In this document: positions 46,301 through 56,538 of the stretch, one piece after another | How the letters are laid out: each line of letters starts with the position of its first letter | Position numbering within the stretch: the stretch's first letter is position 1 | Source of the DNA: Patescibacteria group bacterium | GTDB taxonomy: Bacteria > Patescibacteriota > Patescibacteriia > XYB2-FULL-38-15 | Reading direction: 5' to 3' | NCBI GenBank assembly: GCA_041737355.1 | Contig: JBGSRW010000004.1 | Span: 1 to 57,399 of the forward strand | Length of the DNA stretch: 57,399 nt | Program-made: the position numbers and the translations under genes | Notes under the pieces: model-generated | Seen by the model: only the letters and a program-made list of their open reading frames with translations | Told to the model about the DNA's origin: nothing | The model's database searches: none

Positions 46301-49300
46301 TCGCAAAGGAAAACCGTGACGTCGGCGCCGGCTTCAAATTTTTTGCCGAGCATGCCCGGCCGGGAAATAGTATCGGCCGTGACTTTTACGGTTGCCAAAA
46401 TTCTCGCCTCGCCGTTTTTATTTTGGGCGGTCGCGGTTTGGTTTACGTCAAAATTACAAACTCCCGGCGAAACGCAATCAATATTGCTATGGCAAACCGT
46501 ACTTGGGTTGTTGGCGCAATGTCCGGCCGGGGTCAAGGCGGCAACAGTTCCATCGGTCGAAAGCCAGTTTTCAAAAATCCAATCATAAACTCCGGAAAGC
46601 GGCGCGATACTGTTTCCCCGCCAATCTTTGACAGAGGCCCGGAACTCTTGGGTCTCCCCGCTTCGTTTGAATAATTTAAAAGACGGATCAAGCTCAACCT
46701 TGTTTATCACGCAAATATCCGAACCGGTCCGGAAGGTCCAGCTGTAAACTTGCCGGGCCGATCCTTCAAAAAGCAGGGTCGGATCAATTGTAGCGCTCAA
46801 AGTCGTTCCGCCCAAAGCGGTCCCGTCCAGACTTTTTACTCCCTTAATCACGGCCCCCGGAGAAATACCATCTCCCAAAATAACAACTCTGTATTCCTTG
46901 CTGGAATCAAAGGCCTTGGTTGGACTGAAAATTATTTTTGTCCTGGCGGCCGGAAGACCAAAATCAAGAGTTATGTTTGTCGCCCTTCCCGGCCAGACGC
47001 ACCAAGGATTGGTTCTTATTGGATCGGCGGCTAAAACCGGCCTGCCTAAAAATACTTCCGAAACTTTATTTACAAATTGGCGGAGTCCGGAAAAATAATT
47101 TTCCACTTTCCCAAATTGCGCGGCCAAAAATTCCCCAAGACGATTGGGCAATAAATTTTTAATTTTTTCGGCAAAATGCCTTATCTCCTCGGCCGCGGTT
47201 ATTCTCTCCGCAATCAATGGCGTGCTGCCCTCTGGACAAGCGACAGTCCTGTCGTCATAACGGCCTAATACCAAAATATTTCCCGTGACGCTCGCCGGAT
47301 CCATGGCCTGATTGAAAATTACCGATAATTCCGCGTTGCGGCAGACCAAAGGCGTTGTCCGCGAGGTGCAGGAACCAGTCGTTCCGGACGGATCGCACGA
47401 GGCAACCTGCGGTTTGAAATGACAACATGTGTCTTTCCCGACCCCGAGTTCGCAGTCGGCGCCGGTGCTGCAGGTTTTGGCGCTCCCGTGGCAGACTCCC
47501 GCCTCGCAGGCTAGACTTGCCGGCTGACAATCGCGGTAAGAATCGTCTTCCTGAATACCGAAATCGCAGCGCACGGTCAAATCGCCCGAACCGGAAACAG
47601 TACTCGCGGTTTCCTCGGCGCTGATCTCCGTTGTGCTTTCTTTTCTTCCGGCCGCCACGTCAGATTCTTTAAGTCCGCGGGCCGTAGCGGTCTGGTATGG
47701 ATCAACTCTTGGATCAACGACCGTTCCTTCATTTAAACAAGTCGCTCCACAGCCGTCGTAAGCGGTTGTATTTCCGTCATCGCAGTCTTCGCCTCTTTCT
47801 TTTCTTCCGTTGCCGCAAATTGAGGCGCCGGCAACCGAACCCTCATTCATGCAAAGCCTGTTGCATCCGTCGCCAGAACGAGTGTTTCCGTCGTCGCAGT
47901 CCTCACCTATTTCAATTATTCCATTGCCGCAAATTGTAGTTTTGACGCAGGTTCCTGCTAACGGCTCTCCCTGCCATCTGCACCGCTTGTCGGGAACACA
48001 CCAGCCGATCGTCGTGTATGCCGCGCAATCGCTTTCCCCGCCATTTAAACAATTATTATCACATCCGTCGCTTCGGTCGGTGTTCCCGTCGTCGCAGTCT
48101 TCACCAAATTCTTTGACTCCGTTGCCGCAGCTCGGATAAATATTAATATTGGTTATTGCCGCAACCGCCGCGTCGGCCGAAGACCAGTTCCATCCGTAAT
48201 CCAAAGGCCCGAGACGCTGACCGGTCTGGCTGCAAACATCGGGGAGAGAATAAGGGGTTGAAATATAATCCTGGGTTGCCCCTATCCAAGAAAGAACCGC
48301 TTCAGCCGGATCAACCGTTACCCGATCTACGGCGCAAGGACTCGCGTCGTCCTTGGTCTTAAAAGACCAGGCATAGGAATCGGACCTGGCCGGAGAAGCC
48401 GGGTAGTTCAGTTCCGTCAAAGAGACATTGCTTTTTGAGGTTACCCTTCCGGAAATTATTGCTTTATAAAAAGTATTGGGCAGGAAGCTCGATGCCGGAG
48501 TAATTGTTAAAATATTCGTCCTGCTGGCCGGCACGCCTTCGGTAAAATCATATCTCAAGCTCCGAAGAAGCACTTCCCGCAAATCAGTTGTCCCTTCGTT
48601 TGTGCAAGTCGCGCTGCAGCCGTTCCCGGTGGCAACTTGGTCTCCGTCGTCGCAATCCTCCCCTTCTTCAACTATTCCGTTGCCGCAGCCCAAACCGGTT
48701 GACCCCAAATTCAAACAGGTTGCCGCGCTGCAATCGCTCGGGAAAGGTACGCCGTCACAGTCCTCACCGGTTTCCCGCCGGCCGTTGCCGCAAGTTGAGC
48801 CGTAACTCGAATTGGATCCTTCGTTCAGGCAGATTGCGCTGCAGCCGTCGCCGCCGGTCGCATTACCGTCGTCGCAGTCCTCGCCTAATTCTATTACTCC
48901 GTTGCCGCATTTCCAAATATACAATTTAACATTATCCGTATTTTCAATGTTGGCCGGATTAGTAAGCGGAACGCGATCAACGCTCCAATTTTTCATCCTG
49001 GTGTTGAATCTCGCTCCTACCTCGGCGTTGGTGCAGGCGTCCGAACAGTTCGGCCAGCTTTCCATAACTTTCGGATCGGAAAAATCAACCGTCAGTTCGC
49101 CAAAACCGGACTTGCCTTCGGAAAGAATCGATCCGGTAACCTGGACCGGCGAACCGGGGGTTGTTTCGCCAAGAGCCTCGGCGACCGCCTGGTTGTTGTT
49201 GCCGGAAATTTCCGCGCCAAGAGCGTTGAGTGTCGCGTTGCCGCGCACCGCGGCTCTGCCGGAAGCGTCGCCGCCGCCGGAAAATCTTGAAGTCCACGTC

Positions 49301-52300
49301 CAGGCGTAGCCGCTGCAATCAATCATCGTGCAAACGTCTTCCGCGGCCGTGCAAAGACCGTTATATTTTTCTTTTGCTCCTTCTTCATTCAAAGTTTTTG
49401 AATACGGGAAAACGCCGATCCAGCCGATGGCGCAACTCGCCGTGCTGTCGCGCGTCTTGAATTTCCAAACATAATCCCCACCTTCCTCACCATCCTTGTC
49501 GCCGTCAAGCCAAAAACCTTCCGGACTCTTTATCGCCGGATCGCCGGCAACCGATCCGCCCTTCAGGGTAACTCTGTACGTTGAAGATATCGCCAAAACC
49601 GGGCTGGGCGTAAAGAAAAACGCTCCGGGATCCGTTCCGCTCGCGCTTGACGAGAGTCCGCCGGTAACCGGAACAACCGTAGCGCAGGGGTCGGCCCCCG
49701 TGGCCGTGCATTTTTCAATTATAACCGTATCGCTGTCAATTGTTCTTTCGTCAATCGGCGTCGTAAATCTCGCGGCGATTTGCGCGTTAACGCAAACCGT
49801 GTTTCCGCCTTCGCGCAATTCCCAGGGCGAGGGAGACGACGGAACGCGCCTGGGCGGGCGAGTCGTATCACATTCTTCAACGACTTCCGGATAAACCGGA
49901 AGTTGCCCCGTGGAAAATTGCCAGAAATAATATCCTTGTCCCGGAGCCGCTTCACAAACTGTTCTGCAGGCGCCGTCGCGGCAGCAGGATTGGCCGGTCG
50001 TCGTGCATTGTGGCGTACTTGTCCGGCAATCACGAACCGTAAAATTTAAATTATTACTAACCGCCGAACCGGCCGTTACATTGACCGGACCAGTCGCGGC
50101 GCCGCTCGGCACGGAAGCGGAAATTTGGGTATCGCTCCAGGCCGTTGTTGTTGCCGTTTTGTCCTGCCAGAATTTCAACGCTCCCGAGCTGCCTAATCTT
50201 TCACCGACTAAAGATACTGCCGCAGAAGCCGGACCGTTGTCAGGTTCTATTTTGCAAAGGCCGGGTCTCGCCGGATCGGTATTAACGGTAAAACGGGATG
50301 TCGCCAAATCGGAAGTATCATCGGACGGCGGCGGGCCTCCTACAGGAATTACTTCGATTAAATATGCCGGACCCGAGGCAATCGTCGCTTCGGGCGGGAC
50401 TTTCACTATAATTTGGTCGTTTTTCCACCAATTGGCGCTGCAGGCTGGCGGAAAATTCGTTGCCGCCAAATGTTTCACTCCACCACGGTCAATAAAATTA
50501 ACCGTGCCGGGAGTATCGCCGAAATTGGCGCCAAAAATTGTTACATATTCGCCAATCGGTCCGGCGGTCGGTTCAAATCTTAAAATTTGCGGCGCGGCGG
50601 CGAGTGCCGTAACCCGGAAATTAACCGGATTGCTGTTTTGCCCGCCTTTCACTACTTGGACCGGAACGGTTCCCGCGGCAAGCGGCGGAACTGTCGCCAT
50701 AATGCTTGCGTTGGTCCAGGCTCCGGTTGCCACGGCTCTTGTTCCGCCAAAAATAACTTCGTCTCCCGTCCCCTGCGTGCCAAACTGCGTACCGGAGACG
50801 GTTACTTCGATTCTTGGCTCACCGCTTGACGGATCAACCCGACAAACGCCCGGACGGCTGGTATCGTTAACGTCAAAATTCGGAAGCATCGACCCGCGTT
50901 CATCATCCGTCATGTCAGTATAATCGGCTGCAGTCGCCCCGCTTGGCGGCGGAACAACGACTTTAATCGGGCCGTCGGCCGCGCCGGAGGGAACCTCGAC
51001 AATAATCTGATTGTTCTGCCAGGTATCGGCCGCGCCGCAGGCTGCCGGGAAGGGAGCCAATACATTATTGAAAAAATAAACGCTGCCCGGAGTCGTTCCG
51101 AAACCTTCGCCAAAAATCGTAATATAATTTCCGGCCGCTCCGTCAATAGGCGTCACTGCCGTAATCGCCGGCAAAGTCCGGCAAACTCCGCCGACGCAAT
51201 AACCGCTCCGGCAATCCGAGCCGGTCGTGCAGGATCCGCCGTCGCAGGTTCCGCAGTCGGCTCCGCCGCAATCAATTCCCACCTCGTCGGAATCCAGAGC
51301 GCCGTTGAAACAGTGCGCGGCGCGGACAACAACCTCGACTCCGGTTGAAGTGGTATTGTTTGTATCTATATCAAAAGCTTTTGTCGTTAAAGTATGCCTT
51401 GAACCGGCGGTTACTCCGGTTGTATCCCAGTCAAACAGAGAAAAATAATCACGCGGCGTCGGACCTGTCGGCGCATCGGTGCCGAGCACTCCGCCGTCGG
51501 CGGAATATTCCAGATAAGAAACTCCTGCGTCGTCGACAGCATGCGCCTCAATTGAAACGATCGCGTCGGCGGAAACCGCCTGACCCGGATCAGGATCAGG
51601 ATAGGTAATTTCAACAACCGGACCAGCCACGTCGACTAGATTTCCTGTTGTAAAATTACCGCTGCAGGCCGGAGCCAGTCCGCCACAAATTAAATTCTTC
51701 CCATCGGCGCTCCGCACGGCGGTTGTCACCTCAACCGTAAACTCGGTATCACTATCAAAACATTTTCTGTCCGTATTAGGATCGGGACACGCGGCGCTCG
51801 GCGTAAACTCGGCAACGCTGCCGGAAGTGCTGATTATTCCATCAACCAGACTTCCGTCTGAAGCTTTTTTCACGGTTAAATTTCCCGTTAAACTCGCGGC
51901 CTCAACATTACGGTTAAAAACAACCCTTACGACAACATTTCTGATCGGAATGCTGCCATTCGGCTGAATGCTCCGCGCGGTAAATGCGTCGGAAGGCAAG
52001 CCCCCTCCGCCTCCCCCGCCGCCTCCGCCTCCCCCGCCGCCCGGCGTCATTCCTGTTGCCTCCATTAATCTGCTGATGACGAACGAGGTAATGCCAAAAG
52101 CCATGATAATTATTATCAAACCAATCACGCCATTCACCAAAATCTTTTTCGCCGTGGACAATCTTTCTTCATTGCCTCCAGAAGTCATCCACATAAATCC
52201 GCCGTACAAAACAATCGCCACGGCAATAATTCCTAAAAATCCCAAAACTACTCTGATAATATTCGCGGCAAAAACCCGCGGATCCTGCGTCGGCAAGGCG

Positions 52301-52425
52301 ATTTCGTTTCCGACCTGATTAATCCCGAGATCCTGGGCAAAAACAGTTTGAACAAACAAAAATCCGGTCCCCACTAAAAACAGGGCTATCAAAAACTTTA
52401 AAATCCGCTTCTGGTGTGGTTTCAT
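43333..52425 (-). CDS. Giant surface protein (3030 aa): VirB2/TrbC-like pilin module, Gly14 linker, Ig-like/IPT-TIG domains, and two arrays of CGNG...CDDGN cysteine-rich repeats
   Basis: One uninterrupted 9.1-kb ORF. The N-terminal approximately 128 aa comprise a signal helix ending VFAQD plus two TM helices. The Gly14 run is at 52000-52041. IPT/TIG-like units include [23 protein letters not shown] and [23 protein letters not shown]. At least 12 repeats of the C-G-(N/D)-G-x5-E-x-C-D-x-G type are present. Confidence 0.85.
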   Translation of the reverse strand: MKPHQKRILKFLIALFLVGTGFLFVQTVFAQDLGINQVGNEIALPTQDPRVFAANIIRVVLGFLGIIAVAIVLYGGFMWMTSGGNEERLSTAKKILVNGVIGLIIIIMAFGITSFVISRLMEATGMTPGGGGGGGGGGGGGGLPSDAFTARSIQPNGSIPIRNVVVRVVFNRNVEAASLTGNLTVKKASDGSLVDGIISTSGSVAEFTPSAACPDPNTDRKCFDSDTEFTVEVTTAVRSADGKNLICGGLAPACSGNFTTGNLVDVAGPVVEITYPDPDPGQAVSADAIVSIEAHAVDDAGVSYLEYSADGGVLGTDAPTGPTPRDYFSLFDWDTTGVTAGSRHTLTTKAFDIDTNNTTSTGVEVVVRAAHCFNGALDSDEVGIDCGGADCGTCDGGSCTTGSDCRSGYCVGGVCRTLPAITAVTPIDGAAGNYITIFGEGFGTTPGSVYFFNNVLAPFPAACGAADTWQNNQIIVEVPSGAADGPIKVVVPPPSGATAADYTDMTDDERGSMLPNFDVNDTSRPGVCRVDPSSGEPRIEVTVSGTQFGTQGTGDEVIFGGTRAVATGAWTNASIMATVPPLAAGTVPVQVVKGGQNSNPVNFRVTALAAAPQILRFEPTAGPIGEYVTIFGANFGDTPGTVNFIDRGGVKHLAATNFPPACSANWWKNDQIIVKVPPEATIASGPAYLIEVIPVGGPPPSDDTSDLATSRFTVNTDPARPGLCKIEPDNGPASAAVSLVGERLGSSGALKFWQDKTATTTAWSDTQISASVPSGAATGPVNVTAGSAVSNNLNFTVRDCRTSTPQCTTTGQSCCRDGACRTVCEAAPGQGYYFWQFSTGQLPVYPEVVEECDTTRPPRRVPSSPSPWELREGGNTVCVNAQIAARFTTPIDERTIDSDTVIIEKCTATGADPCATVVPVTGGLSSSASGTDPGAFFFTPSPVLAISSTYRVTLKGGSVAGDPAIKSPEGFWLDGDKDGEEGGDYVWKFKTRDSTASCAIGWIGVFPYSKTLNEEGAKEKYNGLCTAAEDVCTMIDCSGYAWTWTSRFSGGGDASGRAAVRGNATLNALGAEISGNNNQAVAEALGETTPGSPVQVTGSILSEGKSGFGELTVDFSDPKVMESWPNCSDACTNAEVGARFNTRMKNWSVDRVPLTNPANIENTDNVKLYIWKCGNGVIELGEDCDDGNATGGDGCSAICLNEGSNSSYGSTCGNGRRETGEDCDGVPFPSDCSAATCLNLGSTGLGCGNGIVEEGEDCDDGDQVATGNGCSATCTNEGTTDLREVLLRSLRYDFTEGVPASRTNILTITPASSFLPNTFYKAIISGRVTSKSNVSLTELNYPASPARSDSYAWSFKTKDDASPCAVDRVTVDPAEAVLSWIGATQDYISTPYSLPDVCSQTGQRLGPLDYGWNWSSADAAVAAITNINIYPSCGNGVKEFGEDCDDGNTDRSDGCDNNCLNGGESDCAAYTTIGWCVPDKRCRWQGEPLAGTCVKTTICGNGIIEIGEDCDDGNTRSGDGCNRLCMNEGSVAGASICGNGRKERGEDCDDGNTTAYDGCGATCLNEGTVVDPRVDPYQTATARGLKESDVAAGRKESTTEISAEETASTVSGSGDLTVRCDFGIQEDDSYRDCQPASLACEAGVCHGSAKTCSTGADCELGVGKDTCCHFKPQVASCDPSGTTGSCTSRTTPLVCRNAELSVIFNQAMDPASVTGNILVLGRYDDRTVACPEGSTPLIAERITAAEEIRHFAEKIKNLLPNRLGEFLAAQFGKVENYFSGLRQFVNKVSEVFLGRPVLAADPIRTNPWCVWPGRATNITLDFGLPAARTKIIFSPTKAFDSSKEYRVVILGDGISPGAVIKGVKSLDGTALGGTTLSATIDPTLLFEGSARQVYSWTFRTGSDICVINKVELDPSFKLFKRSGETQEFRASVKDWRGNSIAPLSGVYDWIFENWLSTDGTVAALTPAGHCANNPSTVCHSNIDCVSPGVCNFDVNQTATAQNKNGEARILATVKVTADTISRPGMLGKKFEAGADVTVFLCENPWPDDIDIIHGWQDDVYKFKTYYCRDRGESADTSDDFPSLGEPAAIVQNDPAIRTPGDDLFREYFLFNKGRYCTLSKTMCDTDEDCGSTGGSCQLSSDAIGVRIYENANHLNLTDWYRAQGFSHAAPSSQIIDGYEAIVDGRTVYVAAANKSSSLYTNVYLISYNDGASPDTLEIYNQLVGNWKFNTNLNNDKVCKDAAGISVLRENLPIACSSDFDCQIGATQYTCAAPKDKLARDVKRLVDLEKMRQTISGRAIAPKLEAGTYVRGMSASVWDSWVNVLAKDAGITLPTDPLNKINGCGDAKLCANNLTHSCVDGGDCAGGSCDNFKFDSNTCWSVDSQIYRCPEGSHIYQYRFDSASGSYQVGADFEYTEDNPSAEGLGWSNIPGLASRTVQIKNICTAAAIYQNGGICGDGAIGTSEQCEPGMINVCSLNTGKACAADTDCVAGEGTCLLSEQSCTTTDAPPRSGRQSRTCNLATCQWNDWGSCSTNCGNGIIDTGEECDRGPGGGKIPGGGTSESNPYECSSSCRFVRAVTGQPAWCGDGILQSGMGERCDDGVDNGHYGTKSDGSTYCAVGCVGTAPYCGDRVVNEGREYCDGNTETAKGVCTPYEGVLAVDGFPCASDNDCSVGACSGGARDGASCHRPADCPGGSCDGESCFVCPLSGGYEQFRSLACNSSCSWENWGACHAPGSCGNGIKEGSEECDDGNTNNNDSCTSTCLNARCGDGYVKTGVEVCDAGTANGTICTAPYGSTCNYCSRECTLRTATGPTCGDGTVNPPTEQCDGSLPSQSWICVSTTNPWDFYKLSGFPECSRSSCLISCASGRPCNNIVNTSNPDPDHDGIGNACDTNDDSNVDGCIDGDPNCVTVNLLIGSGSTADDTFSVYIDGNYVGLAGWYMTFECRYFPVFECGPVNHNKTLEIRTLARGEHNLQMVYAGTSSSPAEGSCEVDSAPFPTVNWLADLGTLPCDGIFSAIMEERSVNFIVE
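52006..52041 (-). repeat. Perfect 2 x 18-nt tandem repeat inside the poly-Gly linker codons
   Basis: TCCGCCTCCCCCGCCGCC occurs at 52006-52023 and again at 52024-52041. Each unit is in frame and encodes Gly6. Confidence 0.9.
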
Positions 52426-52445
52426 AATCCACCCACACTATTTAA

Positions 52446-54365
52446 TTATTCTATCCCCCACTGGCATACTCCACCCGCGGCAGTACAACTCCGCCCGCCT
52501 GAGGGCCCCTCCGGCAAATAAAAACAGTTTTGGTAAATATCTTTGACTCGGTGGGTAGCGCGCGGATAGTATTCCACGAGCGTCGGATCAATATCTGCGC
52601 CGTTGGAACAGGTGGAGGGAGGAGTGGTATTGCTCGGAATAAAATCTCCGTGATAAATTTTTGCCCGGGTTTTGACCGGCACGTCGTCCGTTGACTCCAC
52701 CGGCACAAAAGTACCTGCCGGTTCCTCTTTCAGAATTACCCCTCCATTCATAAACCAAACCGCGCAGGCAAGGTTGTCCTGATTATCATCCAAAATAATA
52801 TTACTCGTACCAAAACTCCCCATGCTCATAATTCCGTCAAAAGTAATTTCAACCGGCGCGGTAAAAAGCACATTGGAATTTCCCGGCGGAGTAGCCGGCG
52901 GATTTACTGCCTCCACCTTCGGCGGAGTCAGGCGAATTTCATTATTGGTCGAAAAAGCTATGCCAAAATTATCAATCCCGGGAACAGCCGGTATGGTGGT
53001 ACTGCCGACAGTACGCTCTACGTCATCATCTGCCGATCCTTGGGCGGTTCCGTCCTTATTCCCGTCCAATGAATTACCGGCTGCGTCGGTTACCCCGTCC
53101 GACGGCGCAAGGGCTTCGGGCGGCTCTGCGCCCAAAGTTGCCGCCTTGACTAAAACATTGACGTCTTCGCTCGGCGGCAGACAATAAACTCGCCCGCCGC
53201 AGGAATTCTCGCCGCAATCCCGGTCGGTCGTAAACTCAACGGTTTTATATTGGTTGCTTATTTCCCACTTCCCGGCAATTGAAGATTCGATGCTGTCTTT
53301 AACTTCAATTATGCCAAACTGCGTCGGCCAGTTTCCGGAAACGGTCGTTGGATCCATGGCTTCGTCAAAATTGATTTGTATCAAAGTATTCATGGCGACC
53401 GTTTCCCCGGCCCGTAATTTCGGCCAATAATTTACAACCTGCGGCGGAGTCGTATCAATAATCGTGCTGGTTTCAAAATCCCAAGCGTAGCCGTCGCGGA
53501 AGGCTCCGGCAAAAGCGTCGCTGCCGTCGGCTTTTTTTACTTCCGGTTTTATTGCCACGGTGTACCAGACGTTTTCCGAAGGGCTGCCCAAATAATCAAT
53601 CGGATCAAAAACAAAATTTTTCAAATCTCTGGTAAAGGTAACTTTTACCGCGGCCGGCGCCAGATAATTTGGAGCACCGCCGGTTCCTGTTTCCCCATCG
53701 GCTGATTTATAAATCCTAATATTTTCGCTTAAAAGCGGAAAAATAGTAGCAGAAGTAATTGGCGCTCCACCGAGAGTGTCATTCGTGAGATCCTCTGCCG
53801 TGCCGTTTGTCTCATATCCTTCAATGATGCTATCCAACGCCATCGGCTCCTTGAAAGTCACGATAATCTTCGTATTTCTGGCGATGCCCGTTCCGCCGCG
53901 CGGCGGATAATGGCTTTCAACAATGCCATTGCCCAGGGCGCCGCTATAACGGCCGATAGCCGGAGGACCGGACGGCCCTCCCCCGCCTCCCCCGCCGCCC
54001 GCTGCGCCAAGCAAAGCATTTATTACGTATTGGGTTATCCCAAAAGCCATCAATATAATAACCAAACCGATTATGCCGTTAGTTAATATTTTTTTAGCCG
54101 TAGAAATTTTTTCTTCGTTGCCGGCCGAAGTCATCCAGACAAAGCCGCCGTAAAGAACAATACCTAGGGCGATAATTCCTAAAAATCCCAAAGCCGCCCG
54201 GACGATTTTCGCGGCAATGACGCGGGGATCGCCCGCGGCAAGGGCGATTTCGTTGTTCACTACGTTAATGCCTAAATCCTGGGCAAAAACATTTTGGACA
54301 AACAAAAGACCACCCGCGACGAGCGTCAGGGCTAACAGAATTTTAATTGACCTCCTTGCCTTCAT
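52446..54365 (-). CDS. Pilin-module protein (639 aa): VirB2/TrbC-like N-terminal module, Gly8 linker and Ig-like (SbsA/Big_5-type) domains
   Basis: The N-terminal module is paralogous to that of the 3030-aa gene (73 of 98 aligned residues identical by hand count). Gly8 is at 53976-53999. Downstream segments have the pattern P..G...V..N..I.V.F...M typical of bacterial Ig-like surface domains. Confidence 0.75.
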   Translation of the reverse strand: MKARRSIKILLALTLVAGGLLFVQNVFAQDLGINVVNNEIALAAGDPRVIAAKIVRAALGFLGIIALGIVLYGGFVWMTSAGNEEKISTAKKILTNGIIGLVIILMAFGITQYVINALLGAAGGGGGGGGPSGPPAIGRYSGALGNGIVESHYPPRGGTGIARNTKIIVTFKEPMALDSIIEGYETNGTAEDLTNDTLGGAPITSATIFPLLSENIRIYKSADGETGTGGAPNYLAPAAVKVTFTRDLKNFVFDPIDYLGSPSENVWYTVAIKPEVKKADGSDAFAGAFRDGYAWDFETSTIIDTTPPQVVNYWPKLRAGETVAMNTLIQINFDEAMDPTTVSGNWPTQFGIIEVKDSIESSIAGKWEISNQYKTVEFTTDRDCGENSCGGRVYCLPPSEDVNVLVKAATLGAEPPEALAPSDGVTDAAGNSLDGNKDGTAQGSADDDVERTVGSTTIPAVPGIDNFGIAFSTNNEIRLTPPKVEAVNPPATPPGNSNVLFTAPVEITFDGIMSMGSFGTSNIILDDNQDNLACAVWFMNGGVILKEEPAGTFVPVESTDDVPVKTRAKIYHGDFIPSNTTPPSTCSNGADIDPTLVEYYPRATHRVKDIYQNCFYLPEGPSGGRSCTAAGGVCQWGIE

Positions 54366-54376
54366 AGGCGTTTATT

Positions 54377-54826
54377 TCATTGGCTCAAAAGTTCTCGCAC
54401 AACCTTTCCAACCGCATCTCCTCCGGCTCGTCCCGCCGTTACCTTCATTACGGCGCCCATTACTTTGCCGAAGTCCCCCGGGCCGCTTGCTCCGAGCTCC
54501 TTTATTTTTTCTTCGGCGATTTTTTTAATCTCGTCCTCGCCGATCTGGGCCGGCAGATATTGGGCTAATATTTCCATCTCTTTTTTTTCTTTTTCCGCTA
54601 AATCGTTCCGAGCGCCTTTTTCGTATTCGGAAATGGAATCCTTGTGCTTTTTCACCTCGGAATTGATTACTTTCAGAATATCTTCGTCGGTAAACTCTTT
54701 ACGCATTCCGGCGATTTCGGCGTTTTGGACGGCAGCCCTAAGCATACCGAGAGTGGAAACCACGGCTTCGCTTCTTTCCTTCCGAGCTTGAACAAAATCC
54801 TTTTCGATTTTTTCTTTTAAGCTCAT
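54377..54826 (-). CDS. yqeY: GatB/YqeY domain protein
   Basis: 149 aa with a typical YqeY start (LKEKIEKDFVQARKERSEAVVSTLGMLRAAVQNAEI). The conserved rpsU-yqeY adjacency is present, and the start overlaps the rpsU stop in TAATG. Confidence 0.8.
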   Translation of the reverse strand: MSLKEKIEKDFVQARKERSEAVVSTLGMLRAAVQNAEIAGMRKEFTDEDILKVINSEVKKHKDSISEYEKGARNDLAEKEKKEMEILAQYLPAQIGEDEIKKIAEEKIKELGASGPGDFGKVMGAVMKVTAGRAGGDAVGKVVRELLSQ

Positions 54827-55080
54827 TACCTTTTGTATTTATTTCTAAAATCGCCCGTTTCTTCCTTCAATTTCCCGATTTTCTTCAGATACTCCCTTTT
54901 CCCCTTGATTTCTTCCCGGCGGAGGGCGGACGCGCGCTGCAGATTTTTGCTTTTATCCTTTGTGTAGAATCTGATTTTCTTGGCTTGGAGCAATTTTCCG
55001 CTTTGCTGAACCCGCCGACTGAAACGGCGCATCAAACTTTCAAAAGTTTCTCCCTTTTTTCTTTTAACTTCTTGACCCAT
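54826..55080 (-). CDS. rpsU: 30S ribosomal protein S21
   Basis: 84 aa and basic, with the S21 pattern GETFESLMRRFSRRVQQSGKLLQAKKIRFYTK. Confidence 0.85.
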   Translation of the reverse strand: MGQEVKRKKGETFESLMRRFSRRVQQSGKLLQAKKIRFYTKDKSKNLQRASALRREEIKGKREYLKKIGKLKEETGDFRNKYKR

Positions 55081-55127
55081 TCTTTCACCTCTCTTTCTTA
55101 AATTATATTATAATTTTAATTAATTTG

Positions 55128-56522
55128 CTATTTTATCGTCTCTCCGGCCAATTTTTTCCGCACCACTTGGACAACTTTGTCAAAATTGACAATCTCCTGC
55201 GTCCCGCCTTCCATATCCCTGATTATGCTGGTTCCGTCCAATATTTCTTTTTGCCCGAGGATCAAGGCATATTTCGCCCCGATTTTATTGGCTATTTCAA
55301 GCTGTTTTTTGAGCCCTTCCTTGGAGAGGCTGTGGGAAACCGTCAATCCCGCTTTTCTCAAGCTTTCAATCAGGCTAAAAATTTTTTTTCTTGCCTGTTC
55401 CCCGAGCTGCGCCAGATAAACATCCGGAACATTAACCGGCGGAATATTGACATTCATTTCCTTTATCTTCAATATCAGGCGTTCGACTCCGAGAGCTACT
55501 CCACAAGCCGGCGTCGGCCGCCCGCCCAAAATTTCTGCCAAACCGTCGTATCGTCCCCCGCCACCCAAGGCATCCGGTTTTCCCGAACCCTGGCTTTCGC
55601 CGGACACTTCCGGAAAAAATTCAAAGACTGTTTTGGTGTAATAATCAAGCCCGCGGACCAGCTGCGGATTAAGATTATACGAAACTCCGGCTTCGTCAAG
55701 GTATTCCAAGACTCTCACAAAATGATTTTTGCAATCCTCACATAAATAATCAACTATTTGCGGCGCCTCTTCTTTAGCCGGCTGGCAGCCTTCTTCCTTA
55801 CAATCCAGTAATCTCATCGGATTCTTAACCAGCCTTCTCTTGCAATCCTCGCAAAGATCCGATTTCCGGTCGCGGTAATGATTCACTAATTTTACCTTGT
55901 ATGCTTCCCGGCACTTGGGGCAACCAATGCTGTTGATCTGAACATTTATTTTTAAACCCAAATCCTGAAGAAGATTATAAATCAAAAAAATTATTTCCGC
56001 GTCAATTATCGGGTGCGTTTCTCCGAGGGCCTCAAAGCCGAATTGGTGGAAAGCCCGGAGCCGTCCGGCCTGCGGCCGGTCGTGTCTGAACATCGGACCA
56101 AAATAAAAAAACTTTACCGGCTGCGGAAGGTTTAGCATCCCGTGCTGTATATACGACCTTACGATCGAAGCTGTCTCCTCGGGCCTCAAACAAACATTTT
56201 CCCCTCCGCGGTCGACAAAAGAAAACATCTCTTTTGAAACAATATCCGTTTCCCCTCCCACCGCGCGGTTAAAAAGGGCCGTTTCTTCGAGAACCGGCGT
56301 TTCTATAAGATCATAACCGTAATTGTCGGCAAAATTAAAAGCCTTGCCCCGGACAAAATTCCAATATTTCGCCTCTCCCGGCAAGATGTCTTTCATTCCG
56401 CGCAAAGACTGGAACGACCTTGGCTTTTTTGTTTCGGCGGACGAAGACCTCTCCTTGCGGGGTTTCTTCGCGGCAATTTTAGGTTTTTTAATTTTTTTCT
56501 GAATTTTTATTTTTTTTGCCAT
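55128..56522 (-). CDS. hisS: Histidine--tRNA ligase with a Lys-rich N-terminal extension
   Basis: Class II aaRS/HisRS motifs (RGMKDILPGE, FRHDRPQAGRLRAFHQFG, GGGRYDGL) and a C-terminal anticodon-binding domain. About 40 extra basic N-terminal residues (MAKKIKIQKKIKKPKIAAKKPRKE...). Confidence 0.9.
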   Translation of the reverse strand: MAKKIKIQKKIKKPKIAAKKPRKERSSSAETKKPRSFQSLRGMKDILPGEAKYWNFVRGKAFNFADNYGYDLIETPVLEETALFNRAVGGETDIVSKEMFSFVDRGGENVCLRPEETASIVRSYIQHGMLNLPQPVKFFYFGPMFRHDRPQAGRLRAFHQFGFEALGETHPIIDAEIIFLIYNLLQDLGLKINVQINSIGCPKCREAYKVKLVNHYRDRKSDLCEDCKRRLVKNPMRLLDCKEEGCQPAKEEAPQIVDYLCEDCKNHFVRVLEYLDEAGVSYNLNPQLVRGLDYYTKTVFEFFPEVSGESQGSGKPDALGGGGRYDGLAEILGGRPTPACGVALGVERLILKIKEMNVNIPPVNVPDVYLAQLGEQARKKIFSLIESLRKAGLTVSHSLSKEGLKKQLEIANKIGAKYALILGQKEILDGTSIIRDMEGGTQEIVNFDKVVQVVRKKLAGETIK

Positions 56523-56538
56523 ATTTTATGATCAATTT

